Source of the DNA: Psammoneis japonica
Taxonomy: Eukaryota
DNA length: 64,000 nucleotides
Reading direction: 5' to 3'
Assembly (NCBI GenBank): GCA_008632985.1
Contig: QPGO01000140.1
Location: 1 to 64,000, forward strand
The translations under genes and the position numbers were made by a program. The notes under the pieces are model-generated. The model did not search any database, was not told the origin of the DNA, and was given only the letters and a program-made list of their open reading frames with translations. Of this stretch, positions 24,789 through 37,836 are shown piece by piece; the stretch's first letter is position 1, and the number at the start of each line of letters is the position of its first letter.

Positions 24789-27720
24789 ATGCGTGCTTTC
24801 GCGACTTGTTGTACGTGGCTTTTGCTTTCGCTGTCTCTTAGCCATGCTGCCAAGACAAAAAAAGGAGCCTTTTGGCGCTTCATAGTCCTTGCGGATTGGC
24901 ATGGTGCAAAGCCTTTCGTGATTACGCCTGTGAAGAGCAAGCAGGCTTTTGGACGAAACGACGACGCTGTCAGGAAAGCCCGAACTTTCAGATACATAAA
25001 GGACAACTATGGAGGCGAATTAGTGGTACTTCCGGGCGACTCCAACGCTGGGAAGTGGTACAAGAAGGAGTTTCTCAAAATTTTGAATGTGACAACTGCT
25101 GAGGCGGCCGTGAAGAAAGCAGGGCAGAGATGTTACCAGAGCATGAAACATGTCTTTCGTGAAGCGGGATATAACAGGTTGTTGATGGCGGTTGGCGATC
25201 ATGAATTGGGTGGGTAAGTGAAATAAAGAAGAAGAGCCTTTTTGATATCCAATGCACAAAAACTCGATTGCCTCACCGGATTTTTCTACAGCAATTCTTG
25301 GCCAATAAAGGAGCTAAAGACTGGCCTCTTGCCGGATTTCAGAAAAACCTTTTACGGCGAATTCAACAAAGACGCGAAAGGAAAACCAACGTATCGAGAT
25401 CCAATCGGGAGTAAGTATGTGGTGGTTCCCAAATATAACACCACCACCTAATTCTTTCTTTCTCACAGGCCTTTCGTGATGTTCATGACCAAATCAGAAG
25501 CAGATTCTCGTCCCTTCAATACTACCTATGAGACAACATCTTATGCGTACCGCCATAAGAACGTTTTGTTTGTGACCGTAGATGTATTCAGATCTATGCC
25601 GTCAGACTTTATTGACAAGGAAAAGGGCCTCGGTGGCGAGGGCTCGGTGACTTGCGACGTGACGGGAAAACATTTGAAGTGGTTCAGGGAGGTTTTATCG
25701 GAAGCACGCAAGGATGCTACTATCAAGCACATTTTCGTTCAAGGGCACCCGCCGATACTGCAGCCCGTACGAAAGATTCGATGCACTGGTCAGTTCATGG
25801 ATGGGGCTGAAAACTCCGACTTCTTTCAAGCAATGCGCGATTACAACGTGGATGTCTATTTTTCCGGAGACGTAAGTGTTGCTCGCCGCAGCGCTACCGA
25901 CGCAAATGCTCAAGATTGTGGTCCTCACCCACAGTTGCTTTCTATCAATGTCTTTTGGAGCAGGTCCACGCTAATACTGTCACCAAAGACGATAAATCAA
26001 ACTTAGTCCAGGTAGTGTCAAGGTGAGCGCACTCTGACAATACATGGACCAATTATAAGTATTCAATGCGTCCCTGTTCTAATTTTGCTTCGATTCATTC
26101 ATCATCTCGCTTGTTACAACAACAGGGGAAACGGTGCCCAGAATTTTCTAGCCGTAGACGTATCCGACGAAATCATCCGAATTGACCAATTCAACGAAAT
26201 CGGACCGAAACCGAGACGGAACGACAACTATGAATTCTACGGCCAAGTTGTAATCGACAAGTCCGGAGTGAGATCTTCGTACGAGTCCGGTGGCTCGACA
26301 CAGGAACTTCCTACTTACAACTATCAGTCTAGCGGCTCACTGAAAATTTTGGACAGGCAAAAGCCAATGATCCACTTGTCGTTCGACAAAACAGTTCCTT
26401 TGTCTCAAAGACCCGTCCTCGCAATGGCACATGATGATATCGACAAGACATTGAAGCAGAGAAAGATCACCATTCAGGGGGTTCAATGTTGGAATTCGTT
26501 CCCAAATACGGGAGAATTCGGCCGTAAGTTCTCCTTTTTTGGATGAGTTCGGCTCTCTGATATTCTATTCACCTTGTTGATGTCTATTTCGCCGTGTGAT
26601 ACCAACAGAGCAATACGATGCACAAACTGCAAATGTTGGCCTTTACAAGGGTGTGCAAGGCAAAGCCGCAGGCTTCAATAGCACTAGTCGGGTTGCTATT
26701 TTTGCGTAAGTCTGTTCGCTTTCTTTCTTGCTCGCATTGCTGTCAAGCCTAACTCTGTAGCCTTATCTATTTAACCTACAAAAAAGCATGGGCCCGCATG
26801 TCGCAGGTCTGAAGGTGTCCTATGCCCTTTGGTTTAATACGAAAGTATCAAAAAGGAACCAGGTTCTCCTTCACTTTGGCGAATTCTTTGTGTTCACGGA
26901 GTTTACGAAAAATCAGATATTTACACTGACGCTGGACAAGGGCTTGCCTGCTCTCTATGCTGGAACCGACATGAAGCTGGAGCCAGTTAAAAAGTCCATA
27001 AAACTGTCGAATGCAAAATGGCAACATCTAGCAATTTCAATGCCAAGAAACAGTTGTCGTTTATCAGAAGTTGAAATGTTTATCAATGGCGAGCGTGTTG
27101 AGACAGAGGTTAAAGGAAAGGACGACTATTTGTTCTTCACTACCTCTGGCACCATGAGTGTCGGCGGGTTTGGGCATAGTGACCGGAAAACGTATCAGAA
27201 GTTGCTTCCGAGCCACGAGTCTTATACCGGACTCATCGATGAAGTGTATGTCTTTTCTGACAGTTTGTCACAAGGCCAAGTCGCAGTACTGGCAGAGAAA
27301 CCTTTGACAAAGTTTAAAACTGCTGGTGCTGGTTCAACTACCCAGTCGCAAACTACTCCGTCACCGACTGGTGCGCCTACTCGAGTTTCACCGACTAGCT
27401 TCCCAAGTTCAAGTCCGTCTTTGGAACCTTCCACCAGTATCTCTCCATCATCGGTGCCCAGTGAGATACCTTCCCCATCGCCATCGAACGACCCATTCAC
27501 AGAACACTCCGACTATCGGTGTGAAGGCAAATACTTCTACAGAACTGAAGCTGGGCCAGAGGATTGCAGGACACGTTGTCTAACTTCAGAAATTAACATC
27601 TGCATGGGATACGAAGCGAGACTGAATCAAGATGGCATATATATTTGCAAAGTGTTTTACGTGACACCCGAGATCGGCGACAAGAAGCTCAACTCTGATT
27701 GTTTTGTGAGAACCATGTGA
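24789..27720 (+). CDS. Secreted metallophosphoesterase + LamG + P/S/T linker + one Cys-rich repeat; paralog C, multi-exon
   Basis: ORFs 24789-25217, 25476-26006, 26085-26546 and 26788-27720 are collinear with paralogs A and B and share intron positions (e.g. after DHELGG). Confidence 0.8.
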
Positions 27721-27871
27721 TGATATCGAGAGAGCAAAGGATAACGGGGACATAAAACTAAATATTTGGAATGTATCTGAAGTGATGATAAAACGCAAAT
27801 CTGTATAAGTACTGAACGTAGTTGCTCCTCCACAAAACTGCGTCATTCACAAGTATCTCGACAACTGTATT

Positions 27872-29752
27872 CTATCTGCGTCCACTTGCGCCAGGAGGAG
27901 GCATACCTCCCATGCCCATGCTTTGCATCATTTGCGCCATGGACGCCATATCCGGCATGCCACCGCCGCCGCCAGCACCGCTCATCATGGCATCGAAATT
28001 GGGTGGAGGGCCACCGCCGCTCATCCCAGGTGCGCCACCACCTTTGGACATTTGTTGCATCTAATGATATGATGGAACAGGTATCATTGAAATATTAGAA
28101 GTACATTCACACTTCAAGGAACGTAACACACGACTCCTTTCGCTTCTCTCACCATGTTCATGACGTTTTCAGCTCCTCCCATTTGTTTCAAGAGCGCTGG
28201 ATCCATTTGATTGAGCCGTTGCATGACTTGACTTGGATTTCGTCTCATGGCTTGCAACTGCTTTTGGTGTTGAGCTCCAACGCCGCCGGGTCCGCCCTTG
28301 CCCATGAGACCCGACTTTCCCATTTTGCTCACCACTTGTTCAAATTGCGCGTGGCATTGAAGTAGCATTTGCACTTCGAGCGGGTCCACACCCGATCCGG
28401 CCGCAATGCGGCGAATTCTCGTCTTGCATTGCGGGTCATTGTGTTTCAAAACCACCTTGCCATCCAATTCGGCATCCGTCATGCTGTCCATCATGTACAT
28501 GAACTTGCGTAGTCGGCGATTTGACTCCTCGTCGTTTCCTCCCTTTGGAATCAAGTATTCGGGAACACCCGGTAAGGACCCCATGACTTTATTGAGGGGA
28601 CCAATCTTCATGATGTTTTGAAACTGTGAGTACATGTCCCTTAGAGTAAACTGTCCCTTGGACATTTTCTGGTAAAGCTCCTCTTGCGACTTTCCGTCCT
28701 TGCCTCCCGAAATGGATTTCATTTCCTCCATGAGTCCACGGACATCGCCAAATCCCAACAGCCTGGAGAAATGATGTGCAAGAGACAACAAAAGTGAGAT
28801 CACTATAAAGTACATGAAACAGTTATCGTCTGTAGAACCACCATGCTATGGATACTCACTTGGACACAAAGGACTGCGCGTGAAATGGATCCAAATCATC
28901 AAAGTGCTCTCCGCTTCCGAGAAAGATAATGGGCGACTCGGTCGCAGCCACAGCCGAGAGCGCACCTCCACCCTTGGCGTGTCCATCGAGTTTTGTAACG
29001 AGAATGGATCCTACATTGACGCTCGAGCTAAACGCCAAGGCTTGGTCGTGTACGGCTTGACCCTGCGTCGCATCCACTACAAAGATGATATTGTGCGGTT
29101 GAATCGCTCCGGCAATCTCTTGCATTTCTTCCAACAAGGAGGACTCTTGCAAATGCCTTCCCGACGTGTCTACCAAAATGATTTCGTATCCGTCCTTCTG
29201 AAACTGTTCGACTCCATCCTGAGCAATTACAACGGGATCCGCTTCTGTATAGGATCCATAAAAGGGAACTCGCAGTTTGGTTGCGTTTTGCTTGAGCTGA
29301 TCAAAGGCCCCCGCACGGAATGTATCAGCGCACACCATGGCTGTCTTCCATCCTCTCCTCAGGTAATAATTGGCCACCTTGGCAATTGATGTTGTTTTCC
29401 CAGATCCCTGCAGTCCCACAAACAGAATAATGTTGCTCTTGCCCGAGCGCTTGGGCACAAACGCTTTTTTCTTGGGAACCGTCAAGAGCGCCGTAAGTTC
29501 GTCTACAACTGCCTTTTGGACCAACCGTGATGTATTCACATTGTCGGTTGACTTTTGGACCAGAGGCAACACTTTCTTCTTGATATTGTCACGTACGCCC
29601 ATGACGAGTTTCACATTCACGTCGGCTTCAATCAGAGCGCGACTAATTTCACTCAGGAGCGCATTCAACAAGTCCTCGTCGACACGTCCGCCCGAAGCGT
29701 GCAATTTGCGTAACGAGTCACGGAGTTTGCCTCCTAGTTCTGCCAACACCAT
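27872..29752 (-). CDS. SRP54: Signal recognition particle 54 kDa subunit, 3 exons
   Basis: MVLAELG, GLQGSGKTT, DTFRAGA, DTSGRH, TKLDGHAKGGGALS and a Met-rich M domain. Introns at about 28763-28859 and 28061-28152. Confidence 0.96.
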
Positions 29753-30104
29753 GATGTAGTAGTAATGTAGAGTAGTTGTTTACTTGTATAGTAACAACAG
29801 CAACAACAAGTCAGTGTGTCAGCTGCGATAACAACGTGCTGAAAAAGGAAGTCCTGATGCATGCACCATGCACGTTGCCATCCGCTCGTTGTTTCGTCCG
29901 CATAACATTCCGTATTCCAAACATGATTGTCTGTCTTCCGCTTGTCTGTTCCGAAGGTGTGATTAAGTCTCAAAATGTCATACTGAAGAATACGCGTACA
30001 TTGCTACGCAATGGTGCTTTCATGCGTCGCCATTTTCCATTTTCACGACCACCTGCCTTCTCATTCAGATTCTTCTCTCATTCTTCCGAAGAAACAACAG
30101 CACC

Positions 30105-30695
30105 ATGGCGGAAGTTTTAATGCCGCTACAGCCACTATCTGGCAGCGTGTTTGGAGACGAATCCAAGTACAATGATGAAGATGGAACGTTTCATGCTGAA
30201 CCGTGTTTGACAGAGAAGAGTCGTTCTAAGCTGGAGACGGAAACGAGTAGCAGTAGTAGCAGGTCGGTGTCGGTGGTGCAACAAGCGTCAGGATCGGCAA
30301 AGAAGTGTTCTGTAGTGACGTTTGGATCCATTGTGATTCGAGAGTACAGCATGACTCTTGGTGATAATCCGTGCGTCTCGTATGGTGCTCCGGTTCAGCT
30401 TGACTGGGATTATCACGAACACGAAAGTCTGTCATTGGATGATTATGAAGAGAATCGACAGACGCGTCGAACCATGCGTCAAATGATTTTGAATTATTAC
30501 AAGCGATGTGAAATTCTCCAAGACGCAGGCTTTACAGCGAATGACATGAGAAAGGCTCAGTTACAAGTCAATCGAGACAAGCGTCGACGGTCACAGACTA
30601 GAGCCATGCAACCGCCGAGTGAGCTGACGATAGCAATTGAGGCCATTAAGAAACTTTTTGGAGAATGCAAAAGCAAAAAGGCCGTTCGAGAATGA
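30105..30695 (+). CDS. Diatom-type hypothetical protein (VxFxxVxIREY...LGDNPxVSxGxPxxLxW family)
   Basis: VTFGSIVIREYSMTLGDNPCVSYGAPVQLDWDY...SLDDYE is a pattern I recognise as common in diatom proteomes; function unknown. Confidence 0.8.
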   Translation: MAEVLMPLQPLSGSVFGDESKYNDEDGTFHAEPCLTEKSRSKLETETSSSSSRSVSVVQQASGSAKKCSVVTFGSIVIREYSMTLGDNPCVSYGAPVQLDWDYHEHESLSLDDYEENRQTRRTMRQMILNYYKRCEILQDAGFTANDMRKAQLQVNRDKRRRSQTRAMQPPSELTIAIEAIKKLFGECKSKKAVRE

Positions 30696-31269
30696 AAAAG
30701 AGGGGAGTGGTGACAATTTTGAATTTTTGCGTGTATTCTACATTTCACTCAATGCTACTTTCAAGCTATCGATTGACATCACGACATGGTTGCGATTTAT
30801 GGTGGGTGTTGCGGTTTCGTTTCATGCTTCTACTTTGCACTCTATTTTAGCTATAAAAGTGGATTTCTGCCGGTGAACACCAAACTGTGACAACTGTCTG
30901 TGCAGCTCTTCCTAACTACTTTATTTTAATACACCATTTTGTATTGTGGAGAAGATTGTAGCAAGTCGTTCGGATGCTTCACTTACCGAAGTACCCGAGC
31001 CACCGTACGCACACCCGACTCTCTAGTAGGGTCTAGACTACACGAACACTAGTTACAATCAAGGCTTTGGTGATAGAAAACTTATTACAGTAGATATTGC
31101 GGGGACTCCGTGTAAAGGTCGGCACACTCGGCACGGCCGATGGACGCCACCTTACAACAACTAAGGTTGTCGACGAGATCACCAAAACTCACACGATGCC
31201 ACACTGCAGGAAAGCTTGACAATGCTGCCAGCCTCCAAAAATGATATGATACGAATCTATAACGCTCAA

Positions 31270-31790
31270 TTTCACATTTCTGCCCGCATCCCAACCAATC
31301 CTCCCACGAGATCCATTCTTGCTTGAACTTTAAATCAGGACGGAACGGAAGACAGCTTGCTCGTTCATCACAGTCCTTCATTGCTTCCAAGTCATCCTTT
31401 TGCTTTACGAGTGTCATAGAGTCCTCTTGAGCATTCAAGGAGAGCGTTTGAGCCACTGCTTGAGCTTCTGAGAACGTCAAAGGTGTGCCGAGAAATCATC
31501 CCATCCACCTCTCCATTCCTTTTCCCACACCTCGCCCGCATTCTTGAGCAACTGGCCCTGCTGATGAGTTCCTGCGCATCAGTGAGAAATTTGCAAGAAA
31601 AAGGAACTTTTCACAGTGTGTGCAGATGATTGCCACAAGCAGTGCCCAACAATGGTGTGTTGCAATGCTGAGAAAGCCCTTGCATGCCTGGACAAGAGCA
31701 CTCTCAACTCTTCTCGTGACCCAAGCCTGCATCCACTGGCATTTTCCTTGCTTTCATGTGAAATGGAAACAAACTTCTTCATGTTGCTGC
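31270..31790 (-). pseudogene. Decayed gene with repeated W-x-x-W-x-D-(F/W)-L-G units
   Basis: Joining frames gives GLGSREE..CSCP / QLLKNAGEVWEKEWRGGWDDF(fs)LGTPLTFSEAQAVAQTL...LPFRPDLKFKQEWISWEDWLG, with frameshifts. Lies on the edge of domain 3. Confidence 0.6.
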
Positions 31791-32083
31791 TGCTTGACAT
31801 TTTCTTCTTCTCTGCAAGGCCATTGCTGCCACGCAGAGTTGTCTTGGGATTGCGCATGTGAAGGTTGTTGTTCCCAAAGGGCTGCTGCATGCCACAGACT
31901 TTCAATGAGGAGTCAGCATGGAGAAGCTGCGGGACAATTCAACAAACCCAAGTGACAGCTGCTTTGTCACAAGAAAGATCTGCCACAAAGGCAACACCAT
32001 GGGTGCAGGTCTCCCATGATGAAGAGTTTGATGAAACACTGCCACTCTCACTCTCTCTCTTTCTCTGTCTCTCTGTCTCTCTT

Positions 32084-32151
<68 letters not shown>

Positions 32152-35100
32152 AAAGGACCAGGCAACCCACAGTTCTTCTTGTGTTCCTTCCAAACAGTTT
32201 GCTGCAGACCCTTGGGATCTGCCAGGTCACCCAGGCAAGGAGACTTTTTGGCAGTGGGCTCCACAGTGATCATCTGCTGCAGTCTCTTGAGAGAGAGAGA
32301 GACTGGGAGAGCATTTTTTGGTGGGTCTTGGTCTCAAATTGTGCTCAGTGTGGTCAAGGACAAGAAGCCAATGGCTCCATGCAGAGGTGAGGGTGCTCAC
32401 CCCAAGCATCTTCTTTTTGTCCTCTTGCATTGTGTGCTCTGCAACCTGGGCCTGTTCCATGGGCTTGTTGTGGCTGAAATTGCAAGGCTCTGACCCTTGA
32501 CATGAGGCCAGCCACAGAGTCATGAGCTGTTGAAAGCTTTGACAAGGACATGGCACTGTGGTGGTGGAAGACTTTCCCACAGTCTTCCTCTTGCTGCTTG
32601 AGCTTCCAGACTGGGCCCACTTTGTCACCTCAAACTGACTTGCCTTGACTTGACTTGCCAGTTTGCTGCCTTTGCATTCAGCAGATTCTTGCTTGTCAGT
32701 TGCTTCAGGCTGACTTCCCCATGGAGATTTGAGAAGACAGCCAAAAAGTTTGGCGCCAGCAAATTCTTGTGGCCACAACCAAACACATCTTGGCCAATGT
32801 CATTGAGGACTTTAGCAAGAAAAGAAAGTCCTTCACCTGTTGGCTGTTGTGCACAGTGTGACACATTTCTTGCTGTGGTTGGCCCACACACCAGTGGCTG
32901 GCTCTGAGTGGCAACAGAGTTTTTTGCCCTCAGCAGTTGCAAGCAGACTGAAAATGCTCTTGACTTGAAACAAGAGAGAATTGGCTGGTGTGGTTGGCTG
33001 AACAAGCTTTGTTCCATCATCTTCTTGTGATGTCTTTGTCTGGTGGAGCTTTCCCTTTTTTGCCCACAGGTGCAAGCATGTTGGCTGGTGCCCAAGCACT
33101 CTCATTGTCTTTGCTTGCAGTGTGTTGCTGCCACATTGCCTTGCTTGAGGACAACCAAGCACCAAAACTTGTTCTCTTGGCATTTCTCAAAGGGCTGGGG
33201 AGCAAGATCTGAGAGGCCAAAAGGTGCAGCCAGAGCACCACTTGCAGCATGTGTGAAGCAACCTTGTCTCAAAGTTGTTTGTCCTGCTTTTTCCTCTGGG
33301 CAGCCATGTCAACTGGCATGTTCAAACCAGAGGTGCATTTTGAGTTTGGCAACAATCAATGTGATTCCTTGCTTGCATGGCTGCATGGGCTGCAACTCCC
33401 AGAGGCGCCAGCTGTCTCATTCGGCACTGTGAATTTCTTGCAGAGCTCTTTGAAGCATCGAAAGATCTCTGTGTTTGCCACAGCACTTGGGGAGAAGGCT
33501 GGGATCCTGTGCACAATGTCCCATGGAAGCATGGCAACCCACACCAGCACAGGTGGTTGCCAGCTTTGCACTTGCAGACCAGCCACCCATGCCCAGGATC
33601 ATCTTGCTGGGTGACAATGAGTGGTGTGAGAGAGAAGTGGTTGCTCAGAGATCCATTGGGTGCCATGCCTGCCAACCCCACTCAACCTGGGGGCGCAATC
33701 TTCTCCACATCTGAGGGTCATTTAGAGCCCTTGCAATGCTGTTTCAGGACAGGATGCTGATGATGCCCAGGGTCTTGAAGAGGTTCTCTGGGTTTTTCAG
33801 TGCCAGGCAAGCATCAAAAGAACCCACACCAGTCAAAACAGCACGGAACAACTCTGCTGGTTGAAATGGTGCATCTGTCGCTGCTGTGTGGCCATGAAGC
33901 AAGGTGGGGTCTCCTCCTGTGACATGGCAAATGCCCGGGAAAACACTGGGTCTTGTTCTTGTTTTGCTGGCTGGCACCTGCAACATGAACCCACAGGAGA
34001 GCAATGTGGAGTCAAGCACAGCAAATCAAGCTGAAGATTTGTGCTGTTTTGTTTGATGGCTGACTTGGGAAAGATTGTCTCCAGCAGTTTGCATGAAGCA
34101 GCATTGTCAGCAGGCAGCCACTGTTTTGAAGATCTGGCACAGTTCTTGAGCTGCAACACATGATGCAGATTCATTGTCACACTTGCCAAGAGAGCAACCC
34201 AGTTGATGATGTGTGGCACATGAGCCCAAGGATCTTGACACATTTGTCCACTTGTGTGCTTGTCCAAATTTTGCACAATGCTGGGTGCAAGTTGCTCTGA
34301 CTTGCAGGGCCAAAACAAACAGGTGCGCTGCTCCTTTCTCATGCTCCTTTAAGACAGACGTCATCTCAGGGAGCAGCAACTCAGTCTGGTGCACTGTCAA
34401 AATCCTTTGGCTGCAACTTGGCACCTGACCTTTGATCTTTTTGTTTTCCCACACAGTGTGATCATGGCACCCCCACTGCAACTTGTGCACCACATTTTGC
34501 AGCACTCTTGTGTTGTGCCTTTTCTTGCTGCACCAAGTTTTGGCATTTTGCTGCTTTGAAAATTGCAGGGCACCATGCTGCTGTGCATTTACAAGAAACA
34601 CATGAGCAAAAGTCATTGTGTTGGAAAAACATGATTTGAGCTTCAGGCCAGCCTGCCATTTCACCCAACAATTTTGACACACTGTGTGCCATCCAGAACA
34701 AGCAGGAGGGCAATCAAAGGCTCCACTGGTGCTGCACATGGAGCACCTTGCTTTTCTGAGTTTTGTGCCTCCTGCAACCAGTCAGACAGGGCACACAATG
34801 CAGGATGAAAGTGATGCCCAACGGCTGCTGTGTGGACCTTTCATGGTTGAAATCTTTCTTGGGAGGCAGCCAGGGGGTTCTTGCCAATGCCAAAAGTTCT
34901 TGATGGAAGGAAGGCATGGCCTGCACAACCACCACACCTGCAAGAGCAGCCACAACAGCATTGCCACTTGGTTTTTTAGAAAATGTGTTGTGACAACTTT
35001 GTTTTTTCTTCTTTGCTGTTCTTTGGTGGTGCATTCTTTGGTGGTGCAGGGAAATGGTGGTGCCCCCCAGGTGACAGGAACAACAAGGGCCACACAACAT

Positions 35101-37385
35101 TGGCAGAATGAGCAGAGCAAGAAAAGCTTTCAGCATTCTCAGATCTTGCGCAAAGAGTTGCACTGACAACAAAGCAAGAGCTGCCCTGCAACTCCCAGAG
35201 AAGAGAGCTTGTGACATGCTGTGGCATCTGGCTCTGCTTTCTGGCAAAGAGTCACAGCAGGAGATTTGCTGGAGGAAGATTGCAGGTGCAGCACATGCAA
35301 TTGTGTCTGGTGTGGCATTGGAAAAGATGGGTTGGCAAAGCAACAAAGTTTTTCAATGCAATGAATGTTGGAGCTGCTCGTGGTGGTGAGGACGAGAGTG
35401 CTTTGTTGTTGCCAGCAGAGAGTTCCACAGAAAGCAATGGTCACAGTCATGCTTGCTTCAAATTTTTGTCAGATGTTGCCACATTTGAAATGCCAGGGCC
35501 CAAGCTGGCAGACAGCAGCTTCATCCACAATGAGCATCATTTGGTCAGAAGTGTTCTCTGCCATGGCTGTGGCAAAAAACACTCCTTTTGGACAGAGACC
35601 ATTGCACACACTGATGTTGCCACTGCACCCCTGAGATGCTAAAAAAAAGAGTGCATCACAAGCCAAAAAAAAAAAAACAGGGCACAAAAATGCTGCTCAA
35701 CCTGAGCAGAAAATTTGCTTGTTCAAAGCCATTGCAAGCCACAAAGAAGGACAAACCTTCAGCTGCCTCCATTGCAACAGCACTTGCTCCTGCTGTGCTG
35801 TGTGCCAAGCTCCAAATTGGATGAGCTGTTGGCTTGAGAAACACTGCTGTTTGCTGCAATCTCTCATGCCCTGTGGTCAACAACAAAAAGGTGCTCTTTG
35901 TCCTGATCAAGGAACATCCTTTTGAGTGTCCCTGGGAGCATGTGCTGCACATCAGTGTTGCCAGCCCCCCCCTCATGCACACATCTCAGGCAGACCAAAC
36001 CCAACTTCACTTGCATTGTCACAGCTGCATTGAAAACTCCAGATGACATTTGTCTCTGCACTCATGATGCTCAAGCAAAGTTGCTTGGCCATGAGATGAA
36101 TCATGCCTGGGTGTCAAAATTGATGCAAAGTTTGTTGCGCACTGCTCTTGCAAGCAGCATCTGGCACACAGCAGCCAGTGTGAGCAATCAGCGATGGTGT
36201 GTCACCAAACTGCACTGGCTGTTGTTTTTTGCCAAGTGCAGCACTTCAAAACTGCTGCCATGAGTCCTGGGTGTTTGCAGGGTTGAGCACTTTGCCCAGC
36301 CACATGCCACATTGGGGCACTCTTGGATTGTCCTTTCACTCCCGCATCACACACAATTTGTGATCATGTGTGGTGACTGACACCATGCATGCACCCACAT
36401 TGTTGTTTCTGCATTTGAGGATGCAAGACTCTGGCAGGTGAAAACCATGTCACACACGGTTTGCTCCAAACAATGCCCTCCCAGCAGCTCAAAGACATTT
36501 GGCAGCACCAGCACATGACAGAGCTGCGGCACAAGTGCCAATGGCCCCTTGCCATTGCAACATGCATTGCAGCCACACAGCAAAGCAGCATGGCACCACA
36601 CAGATGCAACAGTTGTGCACTTCCATCAGGAGGCTGACCCCTGCTGCATTTTCCACCTGCTTTCTTTGGCGCATGTCTGGGAGAGGAGATGTTCACTGGA
36701 CAGTTTTTCCCACAATCACTGTTGCTCTTGTCAACCACAAACAGCATCGCCTGGCAGACTTTGATGTTTGGGTGAAGAGCTGGAGAATGAAAAGCACTTT
36801 GCAGCATCTTTGGTTGCGCGCGCCAGCATCTCGAAGAATGCTGCCAGGCAAGGCAAGATGATGCATCCCTTGCTGAGACACTCCATTTTAAAAATGATTT
36901 TAAAACAGCCAGATCATGCTCATGTGGCAGGCCCAATCTTCTTTCAGATGGTTTGACACAAGCTTGTCAACTGCTGCTTGGACATGTGGCCAAGGGTCTG
37001 CACAAGGTTTGAGAAGGGGCAGAGCTGCTCCAGCGCTGAGCACTTTTTGGTCATCCTGAAGTTGCAAAAGAAGAGCTCCAACAACAGGCAGCCAACAAAG
37101 AGCACACATTTGATGGTGGAGAAGAGATCGTCTTCCTGATCTCTTTGACAAAGATTGCAACAGAAGTTGTGCAAGGTTTTTTTTGGTGGTGATGCCAGGC
37201 GGTGGCTGCTCGGGCCCACCAAACAAATCGAGAGGGTTTGTCCGAAGTCGCACTCTCTGTTTTGTGATTGGTCAGAGTGATAGATCCTGAGAAGGAAGGG
37301 TTCTCGTTGTCAATCAAAAGGCCTTCGGACAAACTGGGTTGCGGGGGGGCCTTTTTCTCCAGAGGTCACCCCGCGCAAGGCAGTC
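31420..37385. other. TpA-depleted hypermutated domain 3 (strongest; CpG also largely lost)
   Basis: About nine TA found by eye in about 5.9 kb (32813, 33723, 34350, 34590, 34977, 35640, 36889, 36901, 37281). Dense six-frame spurious ORFs lacking Tyr. Confidence 0.92.
32045..32146. repeat. Interrupted (CT)n microsatellite
   Basis: ctctcactctctctctttctctgtctctctgtctct...ctctctc. Confidence 0.95.
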
Positions 37386-37836
37386 ATGTAGAATGCATGC
37401 AGTAACCCGTTGAGGGGCTCCCCGTCTTTGCACGGGGAAGCCCGATTTTTTATAGGGAGATCGCCCCGTCATGTCCATCCACAGGCCTTGCCTTCATTCA
37501 AGAGACCACAGACCAGAACACGCAGAGATGATAAAACAGAAAACACAAAAAAGAAACCAAGAAACGCAATGCACTCATCTGCTGTTGCACTACGAACTGT
37601 TCGACAGCACGAACACTCTCATTTTTTGGTAAGCATCGATTTACGCTCATTTTGCTGACATTTGTCTTTCTTTGGAGAGCCTTAAAGGCATTATGGCTTC
37701 GCGCCTTTCATTTTCACCATTTGCCTTTGAAGAGAATCTCAGAAATTCTTCTTCTTTTTGTGCTTGCTGTTTTAGGGACCTCATTTGCTTTGACTACCCG
37801 CTACCAAGGAGTGTATAACTCAGCACTTAAAGAGTC

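Noticed and set aside
31865..32390. ORFs with SLSLSL or RERERE runs
   Set aside because: Translation of the (CT)n microsatellite.
35469..35687. LIVDEAA resembling a helicase Walker B motif on the minus strand
   Set aside because: No Walker A or other helicase motifs could be recovered nearby; too short to support a call.
31500..37400. Dozens of overlapping 60-210 aa ORFs in all six frames (also at 1-1300, 8300-10640 and 53700-58500)
   Set aside because: Loss of TA removes TAA and TAG stops on both strands, which inflates ORF length. The products lack Tyr, are Cys/His/Gln-rich and show no coherent domains. They are not genes and not an alternative genetic code, since flanking genes use TAA, TAG and Tyr normally.
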